A DNA stretch of 59,798 nucleotides from a virus (Duplodnaviria; Caudoviricetes). Shown here piece by piece: positions 37,950 to 47,090 of this stretch. Position 1 is the first letter of the stretch. Each line of letters starts with the position of its first letter. The position numbers were made by a program, and so were the translations under genes. The notes under the pieces are model-generated. The model had not been told where the DNA came from. It did not search any database and saw only the letters and a list, made by a program, of their open reading frames with translations. The stretch lies in the IMG/VR virus record IMGVR_UViG_3300027805_000015, positions 1 to 59,798 of that record, one strand, 5' to 3'.

Positions 37950-39451
37950 TGATTAATTGAATATTCTTCTGTTCCTGGGAATCCACCAAATGGCAATGAG
38001 GTTTGTTTGCCAAATCTAAATGAGCATCCAGTTAAGGTTCTTGAACATTGATCCGCCAACCAATAAACCTTATTAAAAAATGGGTGATTGTTTGACGAAC
38101 TTGTATGGTCTTTAATGCAGATATAAACTTTATTCAACGGCTCCCAATTTGGGATAGCGTTTATATCTTGCTTTGGGACTTTTACATTAAAGTTTTCCAA
38201 ATAAACGAAATCGCCAACTCTATACTGAGTTTTTAATTTCCATTTGGCTCGATCTCCCGAACCAAAATCAAATAAAGAATAACCGTCTAAAGCAACATTT
38301 TTAAATAAAGATATGTCTTTGCTAAATCTTTGGTTAGTTGTCATTTTCCCAGTTTCATCAATATCGTAATAAAATCTTGATGCTGGTATTGCAGTCCAAG
38401 TATCAGATCCAGGAGTTTTGTAGTACAAGCCTAAACCTTGCGGAGAAGTTGCGGCGGCACAGAAACGAATTAAAATTCTGTGATTGCCCTCTTGTAGCCA
38501 TTCTTGAATAACTTGAGTTCCTTTTGGGGCAGAGCCATTTTGATTGCCTCCACTATAGCTGCTAGCGACGACTCTTCCATTTAATAAAATATCGGCTGCG
38601 TCATCAGGATCAACGCCAAGAAAATATCTTCCAGCCTCTCCACGATCAACTCTAAAATAACCAAGAAATTCGTAGCTTTTGGACGTTTCGTTATCTACTG
38701 TCGCATTTGCGGTTACTGTTTCAGAAGGAGACGTAGAAGCTGCTAATTTTGCAGTAAAATCATCTGCGCTTGACGGCGCAGAGCCGTCATTACTATACTT
38801 TCTTCTGATCAATCCAGCGCGCATGTCTGTAGCATAAGATATTCTTACATCGTTTTCATCTGCTATTGGTGGGCCAGAATATCTACAACCAAGCCCACGA
38901 TAATGAAAAGAGCAATAACGAGACATCACGATCCTTTTTGGGAAGGTGACGTTCTCTAATTCAAGTGGCGAAGCCAACTCAAATTCCACTATAGATCTAG
39001 TTTCAGCAGACTTTCTGAGTATAAAAAATACTTGATCTTCCAGTCCCGCTGTCGAATCTGCGGAGCCGTAAGGATTTCTGCTTTCAGAAAAGTTCTGATT
39101 GTCTAAAAATTTTAAAAATGTTCTTTTTCTAACTACTTTAGCTCCAATCAGATTGCTGTGTCTTCTGAGTAAATTAGATATAAAAAAGTCTTGATTAGAT
39201 ACGGCTAGTTTGGGCCTAGGCAAGCTTCCGTCGCCTTTGCTTTCAAACCCTGAGCTTTGAATTGGAAATGGCGAATACTCTTGACCTTGCCAATAAATTG
39301 ACCCTTGTATTCCATTAGTTCCGCCATGAATGTAAAGTTTCTCATCAGGCTGATTAACGTAATCATAATAAATGACGAAGAATTCCAATAAAGCTGTTGG
39401 CTCTAGTGAGAAAAGCTCCGCATTGATCTTTTGATTAGACTGCCTTGACAT
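37946..39451 (-). CDS. Minor tail protein L with PA14 insertion
   Basis: WQGQEYSPFPIQSSGFE..GDGSLPRPKL, GAKVVRKRTFLKFLD, EFELASP, four Cys, FGGFPG. Confidence 0.9.
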   Translation of the reverse strand: MSRQSNQKINAELFSLEPTALLEFFVIYYDYVNQPDEKLYIHGGTNGIQGSIYWQGQEYSPFPIQSSGFESKGDGSLPRPKLAVSNQDFFISNLLRRHSNLIGAKVVRKRTFLKFLDNQNFSESRNPYGSADSTAGLEDQVFFILRKSAETRSIVEFELASPLELENVTFPKRIVMSRYCSFHYRGLGCRYSGPPIADENDVRISYATDMRAGLIRRKYSNDGSAPSSADDFTAKLAASTSPSETVTANATVDNETSKSYEFLGYFRVDRGEAGRYFLGVDPDDAADILLNGRVVASSYSGGNQNGSAPKGTQVIQEWLQEGNHRILIRFCAAATSPQGLGLYYKTPGSDTWTAIPASRFYYDIDETGKMTTNQRFSKDISLFKNVALDGYSLFDFGSGDRAKWKLKTQYRVGDFVYLENFNVKVPKQDINAIPNWEPLNKVYICIKDHTSSSNNHPFFNKVYWLADQCSRTLTGCSFRFGKQTSLPFGGFPGTEEYSINQ

Positions 39452-39472
39452 TTCCTTTTACCTTTAGATTAT

Positions 39473-39479
39473 ATTACAC
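39473..39479 (-). promoter_or_regulatory. GTGTAAW putative late promoter for the tail-tip operon
   Basis: GTGTAAT on the - strand, 28 nt upstream of the L start. Confidence 0.55.
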
Positions 39480-39481
39480 TT

Positions 39482-39964
39482 ATGGGTACTAAAAACCAAA
39501 TAAAAATAGAATCCTTTGAGATTCGCCCATTAAGAACCAATGATATTCCAGAAGTTCTAAGGTTAGCTATAAAAGCCCAAGGGGCATTCGGAATCACTTC
39601 TACCGTGTCTCCTTCTATGTTTTTTAAGGAGATTGCCGTTAATATTCAAAACAACTCAAAAAACTCTATAGTTTACGTGGCTCCTAATGGAGCCATTTTT
39701 TGTGTTTTGATTTTTAGACAGATAACTAGCTTGTCTGCGGAGTTAAGTTACGTATTCTCTGATCCCAAGGTCTATCAGAGCGAACAGATTAAAAATTCAG
39801 TATACGAGGTCTTTGCCAACTCCAAATATCCTGAGATATTTATAAATGTATTTAAAAAGAGAAAGCGGCTCAACGCTTTCTTAAAATTGCTGAAAACCTA
39901 TGGGTTTACGGAGGTTATGGAAGATAATGACGCTTTTCTAAAACTGAAGTTCAAAAAGGCTTGA
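39482..39964 (+). CDS. GNAT-like hypothetical protein
   Basis: EIRPLRTNDIPEV...LLKTYGF pattern. Confidence 0.45.
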   Translation: MGTKNQIKIESFEIRPLRTNDIPEVLRLAIKAQGAFGITSTVSPSMFFKEIAVNIQNNSKNSIVYVAPNGAIFCVLIFRQITSLSAELSYVFSDPKVYQSEQIKNSVYEVFANSKYPEIFINVFKKRKRLNAFLKLLKTYGFTEVMEDNDAFLKLKFKKA

Positions 39965-39987
39965 CAAGTTTTGAGAAATCGTATTCC
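39961..39987 (+). promoter_or_regulatory. sigma70-type promoter (weak -10)
   Basis: TTGACA exactly 35 nt upstream of ATG 39996. Confidence 0.4.
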
Positions 39988-39995
39988 CGTAGGGA

Positions 39996-40370
39996 ATGAG
40001 GTTTGAAAGATTGGTTCAGATAGCCAGAAGCCTAATCATCTATGATGGGGTTGACTTGCGTTGCCGTCACTTCGCATTCATCTTAAATAAAAACAAAATT
40101 GTTTCGATTGGCAAGAACTCTAAAAAGTCGCATCCAATTAACCAAAAGTATGGTTACTTTGATGGGAGTGGACTTCACGCAGAAGCTTGTGCGATCATTA
40201 AATCGGGCAAAGTTGATCACACCAGAAATACTTTGGTTACTTTTCGAATCGATAGGAATGACAAATTGGCAATGGGCAAACCTTGCAAACACTGCCAAAA
40301 GCTATTGAAAGATGTTGAGTTCAAAGAAATATACTATACCAACGAGCAAGGAGATTTCTGTAAAGCATGA
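39996..40370 (+). CDS. Zn-dependent cytidine/dCMP deaminase-family protein
   Basis: HAE and PCKHC motifs. Confidence 0.8.
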   Translation: MRFERLVQIARSLIIYDGVDLRCRHFAFILNKNKIVSIGKNSKKSHPINQKYGYFDGSGLHAEACAIIKSGKVDHTRNTLVTFRIDRNDKLAMGKPCKHCQKLLKDVEFKEIYYTNEQGDFCKA

Positions 40371-41365
40371 ATATTTTAATTATCGAAGCGACCAGTAAAC
40401 GCAAGCCCCTTGCCGAAGACTACAGCGATACGTCTATCGTGCATTGCCGCAATAGCCTGATTTTGAAGCGCGCTCTAGGGGCGGATCTTCTTGATGGCGA
40501 GTACGCACTTCCACAAGTGCTTGCCAAGCAATACGATGTAATCATTTGCGCTTATGCTTCGCCTTATATGCCTCATGTACCTTACAGGCAAATCCTTGAG
40601 AAGAACCCAAAGGCGCGTTATATTTGGCTCGTAAATGATCACGATGTTGAAGACAATCAGCTTTTGCGCTGGGGCGTAATCAATATGGGCTTAGTGTACG
40701 ATATGATCTGCAACAATCCAAGAGAAGGATATCGCCATTGGATTTTGAACAAGAATATCGCAAATAGAAAACTTAACGACTTTATTCACAAGTGGCTCAC
40801 GGTTAATTTAAACTCTTTGATTATTGATCCAGAAAGAACCCCAGTAAACTGCTCAGATAAGAATGGGGTTATTTATTATGGAACTTATCGCAAGTGGCGG
40901 GCAGAATCTTTTAAGAAGTTCTTGACAAAGGGTGTTTTCCTTTCAGCCTCTAGCAAGAACTGGAAGAAGTTCCAAGCCCTTGGTTGCGATTGCAACTATA
41001 TGCCAAAGCTTGAATGGCAAAAGAACAATGAAGACCTCCGCAAGTTTAAATATTCCATTTATATGGAAGACGAGCATACTCACACTAACTATGCTTTTCT
41101 TGCCAACCGCTTCTATGAAGCTTTGATGTCTGACGTTGTGATGCTGTTCGATGCCGACTGCGCTAACACGATCCAGAAATGCGGCTACAAGATCCCAGAG
41201 AACCTAATTATCACCAATGATAAACTTAAAGATGGCGTAGCTGCTTATGCAGATTCATTAGCTTTTCAAACTAACCTTATGTATCAGCAACTTTTCTTTG
41301 ATAAGGCTGTGGAAGAAAAGAATGAAGCTGTTTCACAAATCAAGAAATTCCTAAACGTAACATGA
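40367..41365 (+). CDS. GT-B glycosyltransferase resembling T4 DNA beta-glucosyltransferase
   Basis: VIYYGTYRKWRAESFKKFL and FLANRFYEALMSDVVMLFD parallel the T4 BGT segments VIYGGSFRSGQRE and ITLRVWETMASDAVMLID (recalled). Confidence 0.55.
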   Translation: MNILIIEATSKRKPLAEDYSDTSIVHCRNSLILKRALGADLLDGEYALPQVLAKQYDVIICAYASPYMPHVPYRQILEKNPKARYIWLVNDHDVEDNQLLRWGVINMGLVYDMICNNPREGYRHWILNKNIANRKLNDFIHKWLTVNLNSLIIDPERTPVNCSDKNGVIYYGTYRKWRAESFKKFLTKGVFLSASSKNWKKFQALGCDCNYMPKLEWQKNNEDLRKFKYSIYMEDEHTHTNYAFLANRFYEALMSDVVMLFDADCANTIQKCGYKIPENLIITNDKLKDGVAAYADSLAFQTNLMYQQLFFDKAVEEKNEAVSQIKKFLNVT

Positions 41366-41655
41366 AATATAAAGCTCGTTTTGTTATCCCAAATGTTTCC
41401 GCCCAAAAAGTTGGGGTCAACCTGACTTCGACTTATTTAGTCGATGTCGTTTCCTATAAAAACCCATTTCTTTATGTTACGATTCTAGATGGCGAACTAA
41501 AAAATACTTGCCTTCTTGTTGAGCAGCAGGGAAATGTTTTCAAGGAATATTGCCTTGTCATTTCTGGCTGGATGAACCATAATTACTGGACTCAAGACTC
41601 CTATCTTTTCCAAGGCGCAATTGAACTATTCTCCACAAATGATAAAGTACTATAA
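41362..41655 (+). CDS. Hypothetical protein
   Basis: ORF overlapping the upstream gene end. Confidence 0.55.
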   Translation: MKYKARFVIPNVSAQKVGVNLTSTYLVDVVSYKNPFLYVTILDGELKNTCLLVEQQGNVFKEYCLVISGWMNHNYWTQDSYLFQGAIELFSTNDKVL

Positions 41656-41860
41656 GCCAACATCGACTTTTTCCGTCCTTGCTGATAATCCAAAGCTTGG
41701 ACTTCCTTATCAAACAATTACCCTTTACAAAGATGAGCCATTCTCTGTAGAGAATAAACAGAAAGATCTTTTCGATTCCTCAATCGAATATTGGACAAAT
41801 GTCCAAGGCTGGGTTCTCAAAATCACTCAAAACGAATTAGACAATCTAATTCACGCCTAA
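41639..41860 (+). CDS. Hypothetical protein
   Basis: Packed ORF. Confidence 0.5.
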   Translation: MIKYYKPTSTFSVLADNPKLGLPYQTITLYKDEPFSVENKQKDLFDSSIEYWTNVQGWVLKITQNELDNLIHA

Positions 41861-41861
41861 T

Positions 41862-42530
41862 ATGATGACTAAAAAAGAACAGGAAGAGAAAGTATTCTCT
41901 GAACTGTCAAAGATTAAAACCGATGTCGAAGATTTTGTCGGCAAGAAAATCACCCGAAAGAACTTCAAAAAAGTCATCGTTCAACTAACTCAAAAAATCG
42001 CTGGTTCAGAAGATGAATCTGCCACACCCGTAGAATTTCAAAAGAAAGTTTCAAACTTTTTTGAGGTTTGCCATAGCTGTTTAGGAGACGTTATCTGGTC
42101 AGAGCTTAAAGAAAAAGGTCTTATCGTTAAAATCTGCTATGGAGACGAGGTGATGTCTGTTTGGAATATTCCAATAAAGACATTTTTTGTCAGCCAAGAT
42201 AACTTCACCACCACCACAACTTTAATGGCGAAAAGCCTGCTTGATTGCATGGTAGCGTTTTTCCTCAGCCCTAATCTGCGGTCGCTGGTGATGGAAGGTG
42301 ATCAAGACGCCATCAAGACTCTTTATAATTCTTTTAATCGCCCGTCTGCAAGTTCGACCATTATTAATCTAAAGTTGATGCGAGATAACTTTCCAGAATT
42401 CTACGAGTACATCACAACAAAGCTTGATGTGATGACCGTAGAAGGAATGGAAAAGTACGCCAAGGATAAGCTGAAGCAAGAAAAGCGCACCAATGCCAGA
42501 AAGAAAAATCGTTCTGTCAACCGAGCCTAG
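41862..42530 (+). CDS. Hypothetical protein
   Basis: 222 aa ORF in the operon. Confidence 0.65.
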   Translation: MMTKKEQEEKVFSELSKIKTDVEDFVGKKITRKNFKKVIVQLTQKIAGSEDESATPVEFQKKVSNFFEVCHSCLGDVIWSELKEKGLIVKICYGDEVMSVWNIPIKTFFVSQDNFTTTTTLMAKSLLDCMVAFFLSPNLRSLVMEGDQDAIKTLYNSFNRPSASSTIINLKLMRDNFPEFYEYITTKLDVMTVEGMEKYAKDKLKQEKRTNARKKNRSVNRA

Positions 42531-43419
42531 TTGGTTTGGGTTAGGAGACGCAATTTGGTTTTTCCCAACCCTTAAAAAATTAAGCTTAGTTTTTAAACAA
42601 AAGGTGGATGTTGTGACCCAGCATCCACAATTGTTTAAGACAAGCCCTTACGTAGACTCAATCTTTTCTCTCAAAGATTTTGATTTTGATTCTCAGCAAG
42701 GTAATCCGTTTTGTTTTCGTCCTTTGTCGGGACCAGACCCCTTATGGTTCAACATAAACATTAAACAGTTTATCGCAAATAAATGCGGGTTTTCTCTTTT
42801 GCCAGAAGAAGAACAAATCATTTTTTTGCCAGAAAAACGAACTACAAACGATCAAATAAGTGATTATGTTTTGATTAACGCTTCTATTCGCGGTCCTGAT
42901 AGAGATATTGGCAAAGCAGGGTGGCAAAAGATAGTAGATGATTTAAACGGCAAAGGCATTCCTGTTGTGCTAGAAGGTCCGTCACAATACACTCATGATC
43001 TACAAATAAATAACGGTTTAAATTTGCGGGGTCAAACAAATTCTTTGAGTGAAACTTGGCACCTGATGGACAATGCCGCTTGCTACTTGACTTTTGATAC
43101 TGGAATGTATGTTCTAGCTGGAACTACAGGAACGCAAATATTTTTAATTAATTCTTATTTCGAAAACCATTGGCACAAGCCTTATAGAAACAATTCTTAC
43201 GATTATAAATTATCAGTGATAGAAGGAAGATGCATTGAAAAATGCCTTGGTAATTTAAAATACTATGTAACACCGAATGGTTTAAGCCAGTTCAGAGTTC
43301 AAACTTGTCCATTAAATATAAATTTCCGCTGTATTCCAAGCCCAGAAACAATTTCAGAAAGGATAATAAATTATTATGTCTCTCGAAAAAGCAATAAAGC
43401 ACAACAAGGAAAAACGTAA
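42493..43419 (+). CDS. GT9-like glycosyltransferase
   Basis: GLGDAIWFFPTLKKL...SPYVD...NLRGQTNSLSETWHLM...FDTGMYVLAG. Confidence 0.75.
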   Translation: MPERKIVLSTEPSWFGLGDAIWFFPTLKKLSLVFKQKVDVVTQHPQLFKTSPYVDSIFSLKDFDFDSQQGNPFCFRPLSGPDPLWFNINIKQFIANKCGFSLLPEEEQIIFLPEKRTTNDQISDYVLINASIRGPDRDIGKAGWQKIVDDLNGKGIPVVLEGPSQYTHDLQINNGLNLRGQTNSLSETWHLMDNAACYLTFDTGMYVLAGTTGTQIFLINSYFENHWHKPYRNNSYDYKLSVIEGRCIEKCLGNLKYYVTPNGLSQFRVQTCPLNINFRCIPSPETISERIINYYVSRKSNKAQQGKT

Positions 43420-43573
43420 GGCATATCGGGGCTCCAAAGCTTTTGATACGTCTTGCCGAAATCATGGAAGCTGCTCTTGGTGCGAAGACAATAGATTTTA
43501 TTCAGAAAAAAAGCGCAAGGCTTCTGCTAAAGAGCAGCTTGATCGGTATTACGATTACTACGACGAGCAATAA
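43376..43573 (+). CDS. Small conserved Cys/His phage protein
   Basis: SKAFDTSCRNHGSCSWCEDNR. Confidence 0.55.
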   Translation: MSLEKAIKHNKEKRKAYRGSKAFDTSCRNHGSCSWCEDNRFYSEKKRKASAKEQLDRYYDYYDEQ

Positions 43574-44241
43574 TGCCTTACCTTAACGCAAATATTCCTG
43601 TTTTTACCGCTTATTTAAAAAGCGACTTTCTTTATAACGAAGAAAATAAGACCACAGATTATGTTCTGTGCGAGGTTCTTGGCATCACAAGCTTAACAAG
43701 ACGATGCTTAACCTTTCAAATAATGACAGAGTATGGCTCTCGTCACGATAGAGTCCCGATTCACTATCTTGTAAATGATCCAATCCATCAAAATTATCCA
43801 TTAGATTGGCTCCAGCTTTGGGACTGCTATTCTAATTCTCTATCAGTCACAAGATACGAGTACCATAAAAATTCAGCAGTCAAGATACAGCTAAAGAATC
43901 GTGAATGGGTAAATGGCAAATATTTGTTTACCGTTGATTGGCACGACAACCCAGACGCTCCATACGGCTATTCTGAAATGGCAGGAGGTCACAAATGTGG
44001 GCATCTGATATGGGGACTGTCAACCAGCAATGGAGAGCCTGTAAACCAACTGTTTTTCCAACCAAATAATAGAATATTGTGGAAAGACGGCGGCGCATTT
44101 ATCTCAAAGAAATTCGACAAGAAGCCAGACTGGAAAGTTTTTGATAAGGAATTTTCTTGTGAAGGGTCTAGCAAATGGGAAGCGGAAGATAATTGGGACT
44201 ACTTCTACCAGTTCAATCATGAACAAGAATCTGATAAATAA
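43573..44241 (+). CDS. Conserved phage hypothetical protein
   Basis: MPYLNANIP...LQLWDC...GKYLFTVDW...HKCGH...QPNNRI family pattern. Confidence 0.65.
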   Translation: MPYLNANIPVFTAYLKSDFLYNEENKTTDYVLCEVLGITSLTRRCLTFQIMTEYGSRHDRVPIHYLVNDPIHQNYPLDWLQLWDCYSNSLSVTRYEYHKNSAVKIQLKNREWVNGKYLFTVDWHDNPDAPYGYSEMAGGHKCGHLIWGLSTSNGEPVNQLFFQPNNRILWKDGGAFISKKFDKKPDWKVFDKEFSCEGSSKWEAEDNWDYFYQFNHEQESDK

Positions 44242-44704
44242 GATAGTGGTATGCGCTTTAGTCGCCCTGTTGGTTTTTGTCTATTTTTATAGACCAAAAA
44301 AGACAGAATACGAAGTTTTTTATTTTGAAAACGAACAAAAATTAGCTTTAGCCCTCCAAGCTAAGTCGCTCCAAACTGGAGGGCGTCCAGTTTTTGTTTT
44401 GCCTACAGGATCAATGCGTCCAACCGTACAAGATTACGACTACGTTATCATTATCCCTCCTTCTGAACAACCGTATGACAGCATCGAAGAAGGCGACATT
44501 GTGATGTATAAGGCTGAATGGACGACTCAAGATATTCCAGTTTTGCATCGAGCAGTAACCAAAGATCGGTGGGGTTGGATCATGAAAGGCGACAACCCAA
44601 ATAATTCATATGAAAATAAAAGTAGAGTGACGGCGCAGAATTATCTTGGCAAACTGCATTCAATCTATAGGCTGAAAACGAATGATCGAAGTCCAAATAA
44701 GTAA
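44219..44704 (+). CDS. S26 signal peptidase I (Ser/His type)
   Basis: N-terminal TM segment, TGSMRPT, GDIVMY, VLHR, KGDN. Confidence 0.8.
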   Translation: MNKNLINKIVVCALVALLVFVYFYRPKKTEYEVFYFENEQKLALALQAKSLQTGGRPVFVLPTGSMRPTVQDYDYVIIIPPSEQPYDSIEEGDIVMYKAEWTTQDIPVLHRAVTKDRWGWIMKGDNPNNSYENKSRVTAQNYLGKLHSIYRLKTNDRSPNK

Positions 44705-45170
44705 AGATATGGTCAGCGAAGCCCTTGAGAGGGCGGCGCAAGTACCTTTGCTGAGAAATTCTGACACTAACGGTCACGGGCAAAAGATCGCAGCTTTGAG
44801 TGATCTTATGGTTCAGAAGACTTGGGGCGGCAGAATCATGTCCAATAAAAGCTACGATTTTGATTGGATCTCTCCCAAGTTATTTTTATTTGAAATAAAA
44901 GCCAAGGAGCGGAACGTTGTTCCCCAACCTTGGCACAACTGCGCGGTCAAAGAATACAATACTAAACAGCAATGCGATTACTATCTTTTTACCAGCATCT
45001 TTGGGGATTACAGCAGAGGCTGGATTCTCGGCTACATTAAGAAAGAAAAGTTTTTTGATTTAGCTGAATTTTATAAGAGTGGAGAAGTTGACCCCGATCC
45101 TCGCGGAGACAAATACGTTTTCCCCTCAAGCTGCTACAATTTAAAAATCGAACAGTTAACTTCTAATTAA
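44682..45170 (+). CDS. PD-(D/E)XK nuclease-like protein
   Basis: YDFD...FEIKAK...CDYYLF...GWILGY. Confidence 0.5.
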   Translation: MIEVQISKDMVSEALERAAQVPLLRNSDTNGHGQKIAALSDLMVQKTWGGRIMSNKSYDFDWISPKLFLFEIKAKERNVVPQPWHNCAVKEYNTKQQCDYYLFTSIFGDYSRGWILGYIKKEKFFDLAEFYKSGEVDPDPRGDKYVFPSSCYNLKIEQLTSN

Positions 45171-45178
45171 TAAAAAAA

Positions 45179-45571
45179 ATGGGCCACTACATTCCAACTA
45201 GATACAAGTATATTCACAATAAATTTTTCAATAGGCAGTTTAAAAATATTGATCAATCAAAAATCTTTTTTTCTTCAGAAGATGAAGATTTGAGGTCGCA
45301 TTTAGCCGATTTGATAAATGATGACGGATTCTTGCAGCTAAGATGCCAACAGGATTTTTTGTTTGCTGTTCATTTGGAAATTGCGGACAGAATGGGATGG
45401 AATCCCGAAAGAAGCAGAAGATTTTGCGTAACCCACATCAATGGCAACAGAATGGACAACCGTAGAGAAAATTTAAAATTAGTCACTCGGTCAGAACTTA
45501 AAGCGATAGCTAAGGAAAGAAAAAATAATCAAAAAAATCTATTGACAGAAGCACATTCTTGCGTAACTTAA
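45179..45571 (+). CDS. HNH endonuclease-like protein, possibly degenerate
   Basis: VTHINGNRMDNRRENLKLVT. Confidence 0.65.
   Translation: MGHYIPTRYKYIHNKFFNRQFKNIDQSKIFFSSEDEDLRSHLADLINDDGFLQLRCQQDFLFAVHLEIADRMGWNPERSRRFCVTHINGNRMDNRRENLKLVTRSELKAIAKERKNNQKNLLTEAHSCVT
45542..45569 (+). promoter_or_regulatory. sigma70-type promoter of uvsE
   Basis: TTGACA-16-TAACTT; ATG 7 nt after the -10 box. Confidence 0.6.
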
Positions 45572-45576
45572 CCAGT

Positions 45577-46497
45577 ATGCAACTCTCACTTTGCTGCATC
45601 TCCAACGTTCTTGCCGAGCGCGGAATCAAGTTCCAGACTATGACTCTGACTCGTTTCCTTGCGCTCCCTCGCGCCGAGGCTATTCGCACTCTCAGCGAGC
45701 GCATCCTCAACAACTTCATCGTTACCAATGCAACTATTCAATACTGCGCCAATTGCGGTATTGCTGGCTATCGCTTGTCGTCCTCTCTTGCCCCTGTCAT
45801 CGACCATCCTGACGTTAACTTACGTCTGCAAGATTTGCCTAATTGGCCTGACCTTCGCGCTGCTCTCGACGCCATCTCTCGCACCATCAAGCTTACCGGC
45901 GTTCGCGTCTCTGCTCACCCTTCAGAGTACATCACCTTGACCAGCAATGACGCCTCCGCAGTCAACAACAGCATCACCGATCTTGCTTCACACGCTGATC
46001 TGTTCGACTTGCTCGACTTGCCTAACGACTACCGCTCTCCCCTCAACATTCACTGCCGTCAAGACGGCGATCCTGCCGAGGTTTCGCAGCGTTTCCTTTC
46101 CAACTTCAATCGCCTGCCCAGCAACGTTCGTTCTCGCCTTGTGCTAGAGGTCAACGACAACGTTAACGGCACTTGGTCCGTCTCTAACCTTCACAAATAT
46201 TTCTTTCTGACCGCAGGAATTCCAATCACTTACGATTCCTTGCACCGTCAGTTCTGCAATCACGGCAACGATGACCGCGCTGACTTCGACCTTGCCTACT
46301 CTACTTGGCCCACAGTTCCTCTTTTTCATTACTCAGAAGGTATTGACAATACTCGTAAGCACGCTCTCATGCCTTCTAGCGTCCCTAACTCTTACGGTCG
46401 CCCTGTATTTTTCGACGTAGAACTCAAGAACAAAGACTATGCCATCTATCAAATCCTCCGCAACATCCAAGCTCCAAAGCCAATTAATAACGATTAA
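45577..46497 (+). CDS. uvsE: UV DNA damage endonuclease
   Basis: YRLSS, RVSAHPSEY, NIH, RLVLEVND, PITYDSLH, FHYSE, HA, DVELKNKD. Confidence 0.9.
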   Translation: MQLSLCCISNVLAERGIKFQTMTLTRFLALPRAEAIRTLSERILNNFIVTNATIQYCANCGIAGYRLSSSLAPVIDHPDVNLRLQDLPNWPDLRAALDAISRTIKLTGVRVSAHPSEYITLTSNDASAVNNSITDLASHADLFDLLDLPNDYRSPLNIHCRQDGDPAEVSQRFLSNFNRLPSNVRSRLVLEVNDNVNGTWSVSNLHKYFFLTAGIPITYDSLHRQFCNHGNDDRADFDLAYSTWPTVPLFHYSEGIDNTRKHALMPSSVPNSYGRPVFFDVELKNKDYAIYQILRNIQAPKPINND

Positions 46498-46795
46498 AAA
46501 TCAGGTCGAGGAGACTTTATCGCAAAAGAATTTGCGCTTTGAGAGCGCACCTTTAGAAATCGAAAACGAAACAGAAGACGAAAAGATTATCGGCTATACG
46601 ATAAAGACATCTCAAATCTCTGCGTCGATCATTCCAAATTTTAGAAACAGAAAAATAGAATTTCTTGTTCTGAACGAGAAGATGATCGAGCACCTTTTGC
46701 AAGAAGGCTTCTCTGACGAAGAGATTATGGCTAATGGTAGAGTTTGGTTTCACTTGAAGAAGAAGAGCGACTTTTTAAAATTGGTCTCAAATTAA
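46439..46795 (+). CDS. Hypothetical protein
   Basis: ORF overlapping the uvsE 3' end; start uncertain. Confidence 0.5.
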   Translation: MPSIKSSATSKLQSQLITIKNQVEETLSQKNLRFESAPLEIENETEDEKIIGYTIKTSQISASIIPNFRNRKIEFLVLNEKMIEHLLQEGFSDEEIMANGRVWFHLKKKSDFLKLVSN

Positions 46796-46805
46796 TTCAT
46801 AAAAA

Positions 46806-47042
46806 ATGAAGTTCAATCCAATCTTTAGCTCAAAGGATGTCAAAGAGGTTTACGAGATGTACAATCTACTCAGCGAGGGATTTTTAAAGAATTTTAAATA
46901 CCAAGCTGAGTTCAGAATTACTACCTCTTCTTTTAAGAGCGACTTTGTTCTGAGTGCCGAATACTCCTCGGAAATCGAGCGTAAGTGGCTGGAAGATAAG
47001 GTTCTGGAGATTTCTTCAGAAAAAGTTAAGAAAACCTCTTGA
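46806..47042 (+). CDS. Hypothetical protein
   Basis: Packed ORF. Confidence 0.55.
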   Translation: MKFNPIFSSKDVKEVYEMYNLLSEGFLKNFKYQAEFRITTSSFKSDFVLSAEYSSEIERKWLEDKVLEISSEKVKKTS

Positions 47043-47067
47043 CGAACGCTGTGCCTTGTGGCACATT
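47039..47067 (+). promoter_or_regulatory. sigma70-type promoter
   Basis: TTGACG-17-CACATT upstream of rIIA. Confidence 0.5.
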
Positions 47068-47090
47068 AGGCGTGTAATCAAATTGCTCCA

